Shown here: positions 1-9,745 of the stretch, piece after piece
Position numbering within the stretch: the first letter of the stretch is position 1
How the letters are laid out: every line of letters starts with the position of its first letter
DNA from: Candidatus Bathyarchaeia archaeon
GTDB taxonomy: Archaea > Thermoproteota > Bathyarchaeia > Bathyarchaeales > Bathycorpusculaceae
Direction of reading: 5' to 3'
DNA: 64,000 nt
Assembly (NCBI GenBank): GCA_049515895.1
Contig: JBEKTQ010000008.1
Span: 1 to 64,000, forward strand
Program-made: the position numbers and the translations under genes
The notes under the pieces: model-generated
What the model saw: the letters and a program-made list of their open reading frames with translations, nothing else
Told to the model about the DNA's origin: nothing
The model's database searches: none

Positions 1-1170
1 GATACTCCGTCTGACGCGGCGAAGGCGCTTAGGTTCGGGGCGGAAGGAATTGGTTTGTGCCGCACGGAAAGGATGTTCAACGCTGCCGACCGAATCGGGA
101 TATTCCAGGAGATGATTTTGGCTGATTCGCCCGAGGATAGGGCTGCTACCCTGCGGAGGCTTCAGCCTTTGCAGAAGGAAGATTTCAAGGCCATGTTGAG
201 GGTGATGCAGGGTTTCCCGGTCACCATACGACTGCTTGATCCGCCGCTCCACGAGTTTCTGCCGTCGGAAGAGGAGATCCAGCGGCAAATCGACGTGTTG
301 CAGAAGAGCAAGGTTGCTCTTGATAATGTTTGTAGGTTGCCAAAGATTCTTCGAACTTTAGACCCGCAGCTTGAACCATTCCTCACCGGGGATCAGCAAA
401 TGCTAAACAGTCTGGCGCGGCTTCAGAAGTCTGAGCTTGACAAGAAGCTGGAAACTCTCCAGAAGATACGCGTTTTGAAAGAAGTCAATCCGATGCTGGG
501 TCACCGCGGCGTAAGATTAGGAATTACTTACCCTGAAATCTATGAGACCCAGGTGGAAGCCATTCTTGAGGCGGCTGCAGAGCTTATCAAGGAAACTGTT
601 GCGGTTAAAGTGGAAATCATGGTTCCGAACGTCTGCACTGCGGAGGAACTGAAGCGGGTGGAGGAACTCATCAAACGCGTCGAGCAGCAAGTCACTGAAA
701 AAACTGGCGTAATCGTTCCGTACAAGTTTGGCTCAATGATTGAAGTCGTAAGGGCTTGCATGCGTGCCGGGAAACTGGCTGAGATGGCGGAGTTTTTCAG
801 TTTTGGGACTAATGACCTGACTCAGGCAACGTTCAGCTTTTCGAGGGAAGATGCAGAGAACAAGTTCCTTCCTCTTTACAATCAGTTGAAGATTTTGCAG
901 GATAACCCCTTTGAAATTCTGGACGTTAAGGGTGTTGGGCGACTGATGTCTATAACTGTGGAGTGGGGGCGAAAGAGCCGGCCCGATTTGGAGATAGGGA
1001 TATGTGGCGAGCAAGGCGGTGAACCTTCTTCGATAGAATTTTGCCATGCTATAGGCTTGGATTACGTCAGTTGCTCACCCTATAGGATTTCTATTGCAAG
1101 GTTAGCTGCGGCGCAAGCAGCCATTAAGGAGGAAAAGGGCCAGCTAAAACCGTTTAAACAACACCTCTGA
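1..1170 (+). CDS. ppdK: Pyruvate phosphate dikinase, C-terminal part (begins upstream of the window)
   Basis: Frame is open from base 1 (DTPSDAAKALRFGAEGIGLCRTERMF). Motifs RLLDPPLHEFLP, EVNPMLGHRGVRL, FSFGTNDLTQ, GICGE. Confidence 0.95.
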   Translation, partial: DTPSDAAKALRFGAEGIGLCRTERMFNAADRIGIFQEMILADSPEDRAATLRRLQPLQKEDFKAMLRVMQGFPVTIRLLDPPLHEFLPSEEEIQRQIDVLQKSKVALDNVCRLPKILRTLDPQLEPFLTGDQQMLNSLARLQKSELDKKLETLQKIRVLKEVNPMLGHRGVRLGITYPEIYETQVEAILEAAAELIKETVAVKVEIMVPNVCTAEELKRVEELIKRVEQQVTEKTGVIVPYKFGSMIEVVRACMRAGKLAEMAEFFSFGTNDLTQATFSFSREDAENKFLPLYNQLKILQDNPFEILDVKGVGRLMSITVEWGRKSRPDLEIGICGEQGGEPSSIEFCHAIGLDYVSCSPYRISIARLAAAQAAIKEEKGQLKPFKQHL

Positions 1171-1579
1171 CAGGAATTATTTCTCCATTTCTTGCTTCAA
1201 TATTTCAGTTAGCGTAAAGGTTTCTTGGAAAAATGATTAAATGTCCACTAAATGGTGTTGTTTAAAAATGAACCCGAACAGTCAGAAGGTTGATTTCAAT
1301 AGTTTATTTCTCGTGGGACCCTCTTTTTCGTTCATTTATGTCACGGATCAGAGCTAAACAGTACAATCGATTGTTTTATTTCTTGTACCGTAAAGTACCT
1401 TATTTCTATAGATGCTATGAAGTCCACAACTGGATTGACGTTATAATTTTCGATTGATGGTTCTTTCAAGTCTTCGGCTGATGGGGGTTCACGTCAACTC
1501 TCGCCCGATAACCTACAGTGTACAGCGTAAGATGACGCAAAAAGGAACATCCAAAAGAGAACTTTGTTTTAATATTGGC

Positions 1580-1610
1580 GCGGTTGTGGGTTACAACCGC
1601 TATTCTTTCT
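1580..1610 (+). terminator. Perfect 8-bp hairpin followed by a T-rich tract; terminator or operator
   Basis: GCGGTTGT-GGGTT-ACAACCGC at 1580-1600, then TATTCTTTCT. Confidence 0.3.
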
Positions 1611-1925
1611 GGTTCTGTTAAAGACACATGAGCTTGAAATAGTATACTTGCCCTTCTCTTTTTTCATTAAAGCCTTTTGAACTCCAGATGAATCCAATCG
1701 GTTCTGCACCTCAAACGGTCCAAGTCTCTATGGGATTTGAACCCAAAATGGGGGCGGGTCCAAGAACCAAAAAGCCAACGACTCTGTCGCGCCGCGCTAA
1801 GCCTAAGTAGTTTTGAAAGCTTCCAAATTGCATGATTGTTTTTTCTGTTTCCCAATTTGATATTGAATTATTGTCCTTTCGTAGCCAAAACACTATTGAT
1901 TTGATAGCATTTTGAGGATTTAATG

Positions 1926-1998
1926 TAGCCCGGGAGAGATTCGAACTCTCGTCGGAGGGTCCAAAGCCCTCTATGCTTGACCACTACACCACCGGGCT
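1926..1998 (-). tRNA. tRNA-Gln (TTG)
   Basis: Reverse complement AGCCCGGTGGTGTAGTGGTCAAGCATAGAGGGCTTTGGACCCTCCGACGAGAGTTCGAATCTCTCCCGGGCTA. Acceptor stem, anticodon arm GAGGG-CT-TTG-GA-CCCTC and T-loop TTCGAAT are present; CCA is not encoded. Confidence 0.96.
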
Positions 1999-2103
1999 GC
2001 CGAAGCTTTTTGTTTGATGATAGACTCTAAGGACGATTTTTTCCTAATAAGCGTTCTTGCAAATCCAAGCAATCCCTGCATCGAATCTGCGGTGCGTTAG
2101 GAA

Positions 2104-3237
2104 TTAGCCGACCAATTTTTTGAGGTAGGGCACCTTTTTCAACCCAACAATTATTCCGAGGCTGACAAACAAGGTGATGACGGTGTTCAATGGAACGCCG
2201 ATAACGGAGTTGATCGTATTGCCATTGAATGCGAAGCCCAGATAGCCCTTTTGAATGGTTTCAAGCACCATCACGTGGAACAGGTACAGAGGCAAAGTGT
2301 TTACGCTGATCAACCTGAGAAGCTTTCTCGCTTTGGAATTGCCGGGCGGATTTGAACTTATTTTCTTAAGGTTCAAATCCTTTTCTGGGCTGGAAGGTGC
2401 CTGGAATGGCTGAACCGAAGTTGAACCTTGAGCTGCGATCAAAAGCAGGAACAGTGAGCAGGCAGCTAATATTAATGTCGGGCTGAGGTAACCTTGGAAA
2501 AAATACATTTCCGTGCCGCCCACAGTGGCCGCTATGACGTAGGTTCCGATCGCCGTCAACGCAATTCCAACAACCGTGTAAAGTGCAAGTTTAGATCGGC
2601 TAATCTGAATAGTCAGCAAATAAGCTCCTAAGATAAAGTACCCTACGTACCCGGTAATCGTCAAAACGTTAGTGTCCAAATGCAGAGGTGTTACCAAGGC
2701 GACGGTTGGGACAACTGTTGCGCCTAGGAACCAAAGTACAAGAATATACTTTATTAGGTCGCGGTTTGCGTGGGCCATGACTATGCGTAAGATTGGCGTG
2801 ACCAGGTAAAGCCCCAGTAGCAGATAGAGGTACCAAAACTGGTAGTAAGGCCCAGTCAGTAAGCCTTGAAGGATACTGCTTGAAGTGATCGGTTGTCCGT
2901 TGATTTGATGTATAACAAGAAAATCCCACGCGAAGAAGATCGCGCCCCAAAAAATGAATGGTAAACCTATTCGCGCCACCCTTTTCTTGAAAAAAACTCC
3001 GATGGGCTCGGTCAGTTTGCTCGGTTGAAGCAGAAGGGCACCTGTCAGAAGCAGGAACAACGGAACCCCCAAGCGCCCGATGCTTTGGTAAACGTCAACG
3101 GTGTTCCATCGGATTATTTCAAACCAGTTCATTTGCTGACTGGTCAAGTCGTTTGCTGCGTGGAGAAGGATAACTCCTACAATAGCTACGGTTCTGATCA
3201 AATTTACAGGAACCGAGAAGCCTCTCTCTTTAAACAA
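2104..3237 (-). CDS. Acyltransferase family 3 (OafA/WecH-like) membrane protein
   Basis: IRTVAIVGVILLH, VPLFLLLTGALLL, FFKKRVARI, FWYLY and TLPLYLFH motifs; about 10 TM segments. Confidence 0.88.
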   Translation of the reverse strand: MFKERGFSVPVNLIRTVAIVGVILLHAANDLTSQQMNWFEIIRWNTVDVYQSIGRLGVPLFLLLTGALLLQPSKLTEPIGVFFKKRVARIGLPFIFWGAIFFAWDFLVIHQINGQPITSSSILQGLLTGPYYQFWYLYLLLGLYLVTPILRIVMAHANRDLIKYILVLWFLGATVVPTVALVTPLHLDTNVLTITGYVGYFILGAYLLTIQISRSKLALYTVVGIALTAIGTYVIAATVGGTEMYFFQGYLSPTLILAACSLFLLLIAAQGSTSVQPFQAPSSPEKDLNLKKISSNPPGNSKARKLLRLISVNTLPLYLFHVMVLETIQKGYLGFAFNGNTINSVIGVPLNTVITLFVSLGIIVGLKKVPYLKKLVG

Positions 3238-3425
3238 TTTTTCCCCTTTTACCCTAAATGCATCCGTTTTAAGAGATCTTTAACCTAAATAAGGGTTAAG
3301 CTGGTGAAAACCTGATTTTGTCGTACAAAAAGCCGTTTCGAGGTTTGTGTTGTTTTGGTGGTTTTTGGCGGAAAACTTATATTTTCACGGCTGGATAATC
3401 CAACCAGACAAGGGAGGCTTAGAGA

Positions 3426-4790
3426 ATTAACAACAAAATAATAATCCTTTTGGGGTTTTTGTGTTTAATGATTTTTTCTTCTTTTGCGCCGAAAAGTCAA
3501 GCCCAACAGTCTTCCGTTGACTGGTCGACACAATTCCATCATGATCTGGCCCGCTCGGGATATTCCACATCAACTGGGTCCCTTTCAAATCAATCTCTGT
3601 GGAGCTACCCGACCGGTAACTCAATAGAATATCTCTCCCCTGCCATTATCAACGGCGTAGTCTATGTCGCATCGGATGATGACTATGTCTATGCTTTGAA
3701 TGCTGCGACTGGCGGTAAAATTTGGAGTTACAAGACTGGTGGCGCTGTGGAGGCTTCGCCTGCCTTCGCCCGCGGCGTGATCTACGAAGGCTCCGACGAC
3801 CATTACGTTTATGCTTTGAACGCTTCAACAGGGACCAAGATCTGGAGCTATGGAACTGGAGGTGAGGTGTATTCTTCTCCAGCTATTGTAGATGGTTTGG
3901 TATACGTGGGCTCCAACGACTTCAATGTGTACGCTTTGAACGCTGAGACCGGCAGCAAAATTTGGAGTTTCCCGACAGGAAATTACGTTTATTCTTCACC
4001 CGCGGTTGTCAATGGCGTGGTCTACGTTGACTCTTACCTTGACGTTTATGCGCTTAATGCTTCAAGCGGGAGCGAGATTTGGAGCTACTCGGCTGGCGGT
4101 CCAATGTATTCTACGCCAGCGGTCGTTAACGGCGTCGTTTATACGGCTTCAAATAATTATGTTTACGCTTTGAGCGCCTCAACCGGCAGCAAGATATGGA
4201 ACTACCCGACTGGTGGCATCGTAGAGTCTTCACCTGCAGTCGCTTACGGTATAGTCTATATAGGCTCAGACGACAAAAAAATCTATGCTTTAGACGTTAA
4301 AACTGGGAGCAAAATGTGGAATTTCGCAACCGGCAACATTGTGGATTCCTCTCCATTCGTTGCCAGCGGCGTGATTTACTTTGGCTCGGAAGACCGTAAT
4401 GTTTATGCTTTGAACTCGTCCACGGGAGGCGAAATTTGGAGTTGCGTCACTGGTAGCGCGGTAGAGTCTTCCCCTTCGGTTGCTAATGGCGTTGTCTACA
4501 TTGGTTCAGACGATAACAATGTTTATGCCTTTGGTTCGATTGTTGTTCCGCAACCCCCGCCTCAATTCCCTTCTTCCTCTCATTCGTCAACTTCTGCTTC
4601 TTCGAAACATTCAACTTCAGCAATCAGCAATAGTTCCATTTTGATTATCGTAGGCGCTATCTTGATTGTAGTCGTAATCACAGATTTAGTTGTTGGAATT
4701 CGCTTGGAAAGAAACTACACTAGAAAAACAATTGATCCAGCACGGAAGGTCGATTTGGGAGTCGAAGTACATGAGCTTTTTGTGCCATAA
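3426..4790 (+). CDS. Secreted PQQ-like (BamB-type) beta-propeller protein with C-terminal membrane anchor
   Basis: About 8 repeats of SSPAVVNGVVYVGSDDxxVYALNASTGxKIWSYxTG, a signal peptide, a Pro/Ser linker and a TM helix. Start placed at ATT 3426 (GGAGG 8 nt upstream); the ORF track start is TTG 3450. Confidence 0.9.
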   Translation: MNNKIIILLGFLCLMIFSSFAPKSQAQQSSVDWSTQFHHDLARSGYSTSTGSLSNQSLWSYPTGNSIEYLSPAIINGVVYVASDDDYVYALNAATGGKIWSYKTGGAVEASPAFARGVIYEGSDDHYVYALNASTGTKIWSYGTGGEVYSSPAIVDGLVYVGSNDFNVYALNAETGSKIWSFPTGNYVYSSPAVVNGVVYVDSYLDVYALNASSGSEIWSYSAGGPMYSTPAVVNGVVYTASNNYVYALSASTGSKIWNYPTGGIVESSPAVAYGIVYIGSDDKKIYALDVKTGSKMWNFATGNIVDSSPFVASGVIYFGSEDRNVYALNSSTGGEIWSCVTGSAVESSPSVANGVVYIGSDDNNVYAFGSIVVPQPPPQFPSSSHSSTSASSKHSTSAISNSSILIIVGAILIVVVITDLVVGIRLERNYTRKTIDPARKVDLGVEVHELFVP

Positions 4791-4833
4791 AGCAGTTATA
4801 CATGGAGAGCAATAGCATGGTAAAAGGCAAAGC

Positions 4834-5502
4834 ATGAACCGTAAAACTAAGCTGCTGACTCTTGTAATTACTGTTTTAGTAGTCTTGTTGAGTGTCGAAA
4901 CATACGCTTGGCAAATAACGGGAAGCAACAGAGGCCAAACTAGTTACATTCGCGTGGCATGTGTCGGAGACAGCATAACCTGCGGAACCTCTTATCCGGA
5001 TGACCTATGGCTGATGCTTGGCTCAAAATATGTAGTGGGCAACTTTGGGATTAACGGAGCCACAGTTTTCCTAAATTCAAGCAACCCATACCTGCAAACG
5101 CCTGCTTTCAAAATTGCCAAGCAGTTTAACCCTCAAATCGTTATTATTATGCTTGGAACTAATGACGCTGATCCAACTCTTAATGAGTCCAATGCAGTTT
5201 TTGTTGCTGATTACGTGAGGCTGGTTTCTCAGTTCCAAGGGCTTGCGAGTAAACCGAAAGTGTGGGTTGTAAACCCGCCTCCGATTTTTAACAACACCGT
5301 TGGTTTAAGCGGAGAGTTCCTTGTGCAGAACATTATTCCAGACATAAAGCAAGTAGCAAACGCGACCGGTGTGTCTATTATAGACGTTTATACTTCTATG
5401 GTTGTTCATCCAGCGTATTTTCTTGACGGCGTTCACCCGGATGTTAACGGGTCGGTGACGGTCGCTACTGTTGTGTATGATGCAGCGTTCTTGCATGGAT
5501 AG
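4834..5502 (+). CDS. SGNH/GDSL hydrolase with N-terminal signal or anchor
   Basis: VGDSIT, NFGING, MLGTND and DGVHP blocks. Confidence 0.92.
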   Translation: MNRKTKLLTLVITVLVVLLSVETYAWQITGSNRGQTSYIRVACVGDSITCGTSYPDDLWLMLGSKYVVGNFGINGATVFLNSSNPYLQTPAFKIAKQFNPQIVIIMLGTNDADPTLNESNAVFVADYVRLVSQFQGLASKPKVWVVNPPPIFNNTVGLSGEFLVQNIIPDIKQVANATGVSIIDVYTSMVVHPAYFLDGVHPDVNGSVTVATVVYDAAFLHG

Positions 5503-5781
5503 CCATTTGATTGATTTACTAATGTCTTGTTCATGTAGAATTTTGCAAAAAAATCTGCCGTGTTAAACAATTTTTTACATTATTTCCCATATGTGGTCTA
5601 TTGCATCGCGAGATAATCTGAATCATTATGTGCAATAGATTTATTAAGACCACAAAGCTTAAATAGGTAAACGTCGAATCTGCTTGTTTGCGCGGGCCGA
5701 GTTTACTATTTCTACCCCAAAATCGGAGAGACTTGAATATAGTGACGGCTCTACGCATATTGAAAGTGAGGTATAGAAGAA

Positions 5782-6720
5782 TTGAGTAAAAAAGAAGTCC
5801 GAACACAACAGCGCTTAGCTGATAAGTGTCCAGAATGCGGAAGCGAAAACTTAGTTCACGATTATGACACGGGTGAAACCGTCTGCGGCGATTGCGGATT
5901 AGTCCTATACGAACAAATGATGGATAAAGGGCCTGAATGGCGAGCGTTTACGCAAGAGGAAAAGGCATCAAGGAGCCGTGTGGGAGTTCCCACGTCTTAC
6001 TCGGTTCATGATAAAGGATTATCCACTGCAATAAGCCAGGTAGATCGAGATGCGTTTGGAAGAAAACTGCCGCTTTCAACAAGGTTGCAGATGTGGCGTT
6101 TAAGAAAATGGCAAATACGAAGTCGTGTCCACTCGTCTATTGACCGAAATCTTGCTCAAGCCATGGCTGAACTAGACAGACTCTCAGACAAAGTTTACAT
6201 TCCGCCTCCAATTAAAGAAAAAGCCGCGGTGGTTTATCGTAAAGCCTTAGACAAAGGCTTGGTTCGAGGAAGATCAATCGCCGCTATCGCTGCTGCCGCT
6301 CTTTATGCTGCTTGTCGTGCAAGCGGAACACCTCGTACACTGCGGGAAATCGCTGAAGCAAGCCTTGTTGACAAGAAGGACGTTGCAAGATGTTACAGGC
6401 TGCTGCTTCGTGAGCTTGAAGTTCACATGCCTATCGCTGACCCATTAACTTACGTGTCAAAAATCGCTGAGAAAACCGGGATTTCAGGCAAAACTCAGGG
6501 TGCAGCTATCCAAATTCTCAGAGAAGCGAGGCGCAAGCGTGCTGCGGCTGGAAAAGACCCAATGGGTTTAGCTGCTGCCGCTCTGTACATTGCTTGTCTG
6601 CAGAATAACGAGAAAAAGACTCAGAAAGATATTGCTGAAGCCGCTGGCGTAACAGAAGTAACCGTTCGAAATCGCTACAAGACACTTAAGAAACAACTAA
6701 ATCTAGAATTGCCCGACTAA
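5782..6720 (+). CDS. tfb: Transcription initiation factor IIB
   Basis: CPECGS...CGDCG Zn ribbon, GPEWRAF, two cyclin repeats, VTEVTVRNRYK. Confidence 0.98.
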   Translation: MSKKEVRTQQRLADKCPECGSENLVHDYDTGETVCGDCGLVLYEQMMDKGPEWRAFTQEEKASRSRVGVPTSYSVHDKGLSTAISQVDRDAFGRKLPLSTRLQMWRLRKWQIRSRVHSSIDRNLAQAMAELDRLSDKVYIPPPIKEKAAVVYRKALDKGLVRGRSIAAIAAAALYAACRASGTPRTLREIAEASLVDKKDVARCYRLLLRELEVHMPIADPLTYVSKIAEKTGISGKTQGAAIQILREARRKRAAAGKDPMGLAAAALYIACLQNNEKKTQKDIAEAAGVTEVTVRNRYKTLKKQLNLELPD

Positions 6721-6739
6721 AGGCACCTGCCTTTTTTAA

Positions 6740-6982
6740 TCAAGAGTCAGTTTCTTCTTTTTCTTTTTCGTCCTTTGAATTCTTGTCTTCTTCAAGTTCC
6801 ATAATTACGGTTCCCACGTAGCCGCATTCTTCGCAGTAATATTGCTTGGGCGCTAAACCACCGATAGTCAGGCCAGTCGCTAGTTTTATTTTCGGGCTGC
6901 TGCAACACGGGCAAAAAATCATTGTTGGGCTTCGATGTTTTATTGACTTGAATACTTCCCGAACGTCATCTAACTTTTTCAT
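6740..6982 (-). CDS. Small Zn-ribbon protein
   Basis: FCPCCSS...YYCEECGY with an acidic tail; directly downstream of aIF-1 on the same strand. Confidence 0.75.
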   Translation of the reverse strand: MKKLDDVREVFKSIKHRSPTMIFCPCCSSPKIKLATGLTIGGLAPKQYYCEECGYVGTVIMELEEDKNSKDEKEKEETDS

Positions 6983-7012
6983 TAATCGCGCCTTTCGTTT
7001 TTGACCTCGCGT

Positions 7013-7330
7013 TTACTGCACTTCAATGTTTTCCTGTGGATAACCAAGTTTCAACAAGAATTCACGTATTCTGTCTCGATGGTCCCCTTGCAGCATAATT
7101 TGGCCATTTTTGCTAGTTCCTCCGCAAGCACAATAAGTCTTAAGCTTTTGAGCAATGCTTGCCAAATTAATGTTCTTATCTTCCATGCCGTCGATAACGG
7201 TAGTTGGCCTGCCAAATTTTCGAGTTTCAAGTCTGACGCGTATTCTCTGTTGCTCTTTTTCTATTTCTCCACAAACGCATAAGTCCTTAGGAAGCCCGCA
7301 TGTTGTACAAACTTCAGCCATGACACTCAA
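7013..7330 (-). CDS. Translation initiation factor aIF-1 (SUI1/YciH)
   Basis: CTTCGLPKDLCVC, LKTYCACGGT, IMLQGDHR. Confidence 0.95.
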   Translation of the reverse strand: MSVMAEVCTTCGLPKDLCVCGEIEKEQQRIRVRLETRKFGRPTTVIDGMEDKNINLASIAQKLKTYCACGGTSKNGQIMLQGDHRDRIREFLLKLGYPQENIEVQ

Positions 7331-7444
7331 CAGTGAATTAGCGAACTGAAATATATAAGAGTTTCAAGTAAAAGGGGGGACGATAGTAACTGGCGTTGCA
7401 CTAAATATTTATTTTCTTAACCTCAAATTAGGGTTGAATGCGAT

Positions 7445-7549
7445 ATGGAACGCACGATTGACAAGCTCCGGAGAATCGGCTTAACCGAATATGTGCTAAG
7501 CATTGATGGAAACTTTCGAGAGCACTTGCATTACGCTCAAAAATGGTAG
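7445..7549 (+). pseudogene. Remnant of a TrmB-family regulator N-terminus
   Basis: MERTIDKLRRIGLTEY, then GT GCT AAG (one base short of E-A-K), matching the TrmB LxxLGLTEYEAK signature; the rest of the gene is absent. Confidence 0.6.
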
Positions 7550-7574
7550 TTCTCTTCCTCTTTTTCTACATTTC

Positions 7575-8084
7575 TCACGCGTTAAGGCTTGATATTCTTT
7601 TTGCAAGTTCAGATATTTGTTTTTCAAACTTGTCTCTCATTTTCTTAAAGCGCATGGCTGCTGAGGGATGAATAGCTTCAATGTACTCGATCCCTTCAAA
7701 CCGCGGGGTCTCCTTCGCCGACGCGCCAAGCAGAACGATTATCTTTGGTTTGATAACGCTGATCTGAGCGGTTAAGTAGGGTAAGCAAGCTGCTACTTCG
7801 TCATGGTAGGGTTTTCGGTTTCTAGGCGAGACATGCTTGACAATGCTTGTTATGAAAAGTTCTTCGCGTTTCAAGCCGTTTTCAGCTAAAACTTTGTTTA
7901 GGAATCTGCCTGATCTTCCAACGAAAGGTCTGCCTACCTCGTCCTCGTGTGCTCCAGGGTTTTGCCCGATTAGCATGACTTTGGCGTTTAATGGTCCTTC
8001 GCCTGGCACGCCGTGTTTTGCTCCTTGCCAAAGCCTGCATTTTTTGCAAGCGTAAATTTGATAGCTCAATTCTTCGAGTGCCAA
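7575..8084 (-). CDS. udg: Uracil-DNA glycosylase family 4
   Basis: CKKCRL, VPGEG, IGQNPG, GRPFVGRSG, HPSA. Confidence 0.92.
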   Translation of the reverse strand: MALEELSYQIYACKKCRLWQGAKHGVPGEGPLNAKVMLIGQNPGAHEDEVGRPFVGRSGRFLNKVLAENGLKREELFITSIVKHVSPRNRKPYHDEVAACLPYLTAQISVIKPKIIVLLGASAKETPRFEGIEYIEAIHPSAAMRFKKMRDKFEKQISELAKRISSLNA

Positions 8085-8235
8085 ATGCGTCGCCTTGTTG
8101 TTGGCTATTGACAGTCACACAACCTTAAAGAAATCGCGGATCATTCTATATTTAGGTCCTAGTTTATTCGGGACAGGAACGAATATAAGGATTTGCAAGA
8201 TTAAGATTTTGCAAGAGTATTTTGAAGGATCCGAA

Positions 8236-8538
8236 ATGAGCAATGAAGTATCTATATCTGAATCGCTTGTCGAAAGCGTCACCCGCGTTCTTTTAAGAGT
8301 TGCTTTCGCTTTTGAACCTCTAGCGCCGACGGCCATTACGGTGCTGATGAATCAGCAGTTGCATAAGTTTAAGGAGTCAGGGGCAATCGGCAATTATAAA
8401 ACCAAGACCAAACGGCTTGGGAAGTTCCATTACCGAATTGAAGTCAATCTGGATATGACTGGAATGCAAGCCGTTCATCTTCTTGGTAACCTATTTCCAA
8501 GGCAATTAAACAGGTTCAGGAGGTGGTTCCATGACTGA
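8236..8538 (+). CDS. Hypothetical protein (~100 aa)
   Basis: Likely start ATG 8236 after GAAGGA; overlaps the next small ORF. Confidence 0.65.
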   Translation: MSNEVSISESLVESVTRVLLRVAFAFEPLAPTAITVLMNQQLHKFKESGAIGNYKTKTKRLGKFHYRIEVNLDMTGMQAVHLLGNLFPRQLNRFRRWFHD

Positions 8539-8683
8539 AATGTCCGAAAAGAAAGGCAAACTGAAAATAACGATCGAGGTTGAGGTAAACGAGGAACTGT
8601 TAGGTTTGGCGAAGGAAGCAGTTGAAAAGATGCCGATGAGAATGCAGGAAATGTGGAAGATGCACGGCGAAAAGAAAGAGTGA
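8531..8683 (+). CDS. Small protein (50 aa), not in the ORF track
   Basis: MTEMSEKKGKLKITIEVEVNEELLGLAKEAVEKMPMRMQEMWKMHGEKKE; strong SD GGAGGTGG upstream and a T-rich tract downstream. Confidence 0.75.
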   Translation: MTEMSEKKGKLKITIEVEVNEELLGLAKEAVEKMPMRMQEMWKMHGEKKE

Positions 8684-8860
8684 ACGCCAAAACTAGCATA
8701 CTGAAATAGTTCTTTTTCCTTATTTTTGAAACAGGCGATTATGTTTCTTTTAATAAAATGGGTGAATTTCTGCTAAGATTTTTGAAATGCATTTTGCCGC
8801 CCTGATGTTTTTTTGCTGGAAGAAACGTTTTATAACTTTAGTCACCATTTTTCTATTGGG

Positions 8861-9163
8861 ATGAATATGAAATTTTTAGTCATTCAGAAAGTAAAACGTG
8901 AGGTTCCCATAGAGAAATGGGCCAAGCTGCTTCCGCTGCAATTCAAATACTTTGACAAGTTGGAAAAAGAAAAAACGCTTGAAGTGTACTATCACCTTAT
9001 CGGTCAACAGGGTAGCATGTGCGTAGTCAACGTTGACTCAGACGAGAAGCTATCAAAAATAATAGGACAAGATCCAATGTTCTTCGAGAGCGAACGAGAA
9101 ATCTACCCTCTAACAACTAGACAAACTCATGAAAAACAAATCAGAGCGCTTCTCCAACCATAA
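8861..9163 (+). CDS. Muconolactone isomerase-like dimeric alpha/beta barrel protein
   Basis: MKFLV start, GSMCVVNVDSDEKL and DPMF...IYPL resemble the MIase family. Confidence 0.6.
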   Translation: MNMKFLVIQKVKREVPIEKWAKLLPLQFKYFDKLEKEKTLEVYYHLIGQQGSMCVVNVDSDEKLSKIIGQDPMFFESEREIYPLTTRQTHEKQIRALLQP

Positions 9164-9181
9164 CAACCAAGGTTTCAAATC

Positions 9182-9742
9182 ATGACTTGCCACGGCGGTT
9201 TCGCTCTGGATGAAGCCACAAGACGGTCATGGTACAACCCAGAGGCTCTACTGCAAGATTTACGCGCAGACATGATTTTCATAGATGTAGGCTGCGGCGA
9301 TGGCTTCTTCAGCATTTTAGCTGCGAAGAAGGTAGGTGAAAAAGGCAAGGTTTACGCCGTGGATTCTGACGCTTCAGCTATTGAAAAACTTGGTGGCAAA
9401 GCCCAAGCAGGCGGGTTAAGAAATATCGTCAGCAAAGTTTCCTCAGCAGAGGAAACGGTTTTCTGTAACGGTTGCGCTGATTATGTCTTTTTCAGCATGG
9501 TGCTCCATGACTTCGCTGATCCAACTAGGGTGCTGCAAAACGCCCGGAAAATGATCAAGCCGACTGGAAAGCTGATTGATTTAGACTGGAAAAAAAGGAA
9601 AATGCATTTTGGTCCGCCATTCAAAATCCGGTTCAGCCAAGATTATGCCTCAAGCTTAATCCGTGATGCCGGCTTCCAAATTGACGGCGTCATAGCTGCT
9701 GGAAATTATCACTATGTCATAACCGCAAAGCCTTTGCTTTAA
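9182..9742 (+). CDS. Class I SAM-dependent methyltransferase
   Basis: DVGCGDG, VYAVD, VLHD, KPTG...DW. Confidence 0.92.
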   Translation: MTCHGGFALDEATRRSWYNPEALLQDLRADMIFIDVGCGDGFFSILAAKKVGEKGKVYAVDSDASAIEKLGGKAQAGGLRNIVSKVSSAEETVFCNGCADYVFFSMVLHDFADPTRVLQNARKMIKPTGKLIDLDWKKRKMHFGPPFKIRFSQDYASSLIRDAGFQIDGVIAAGNYHYVITAKPLL

Positions 9743-9745
9743 GAA

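Noticed and set aside
3600-4540. Periodic ~120-bp DNA repeats
   Set aside because: These encode the beta-propeller blades of the PQQ-like protein.
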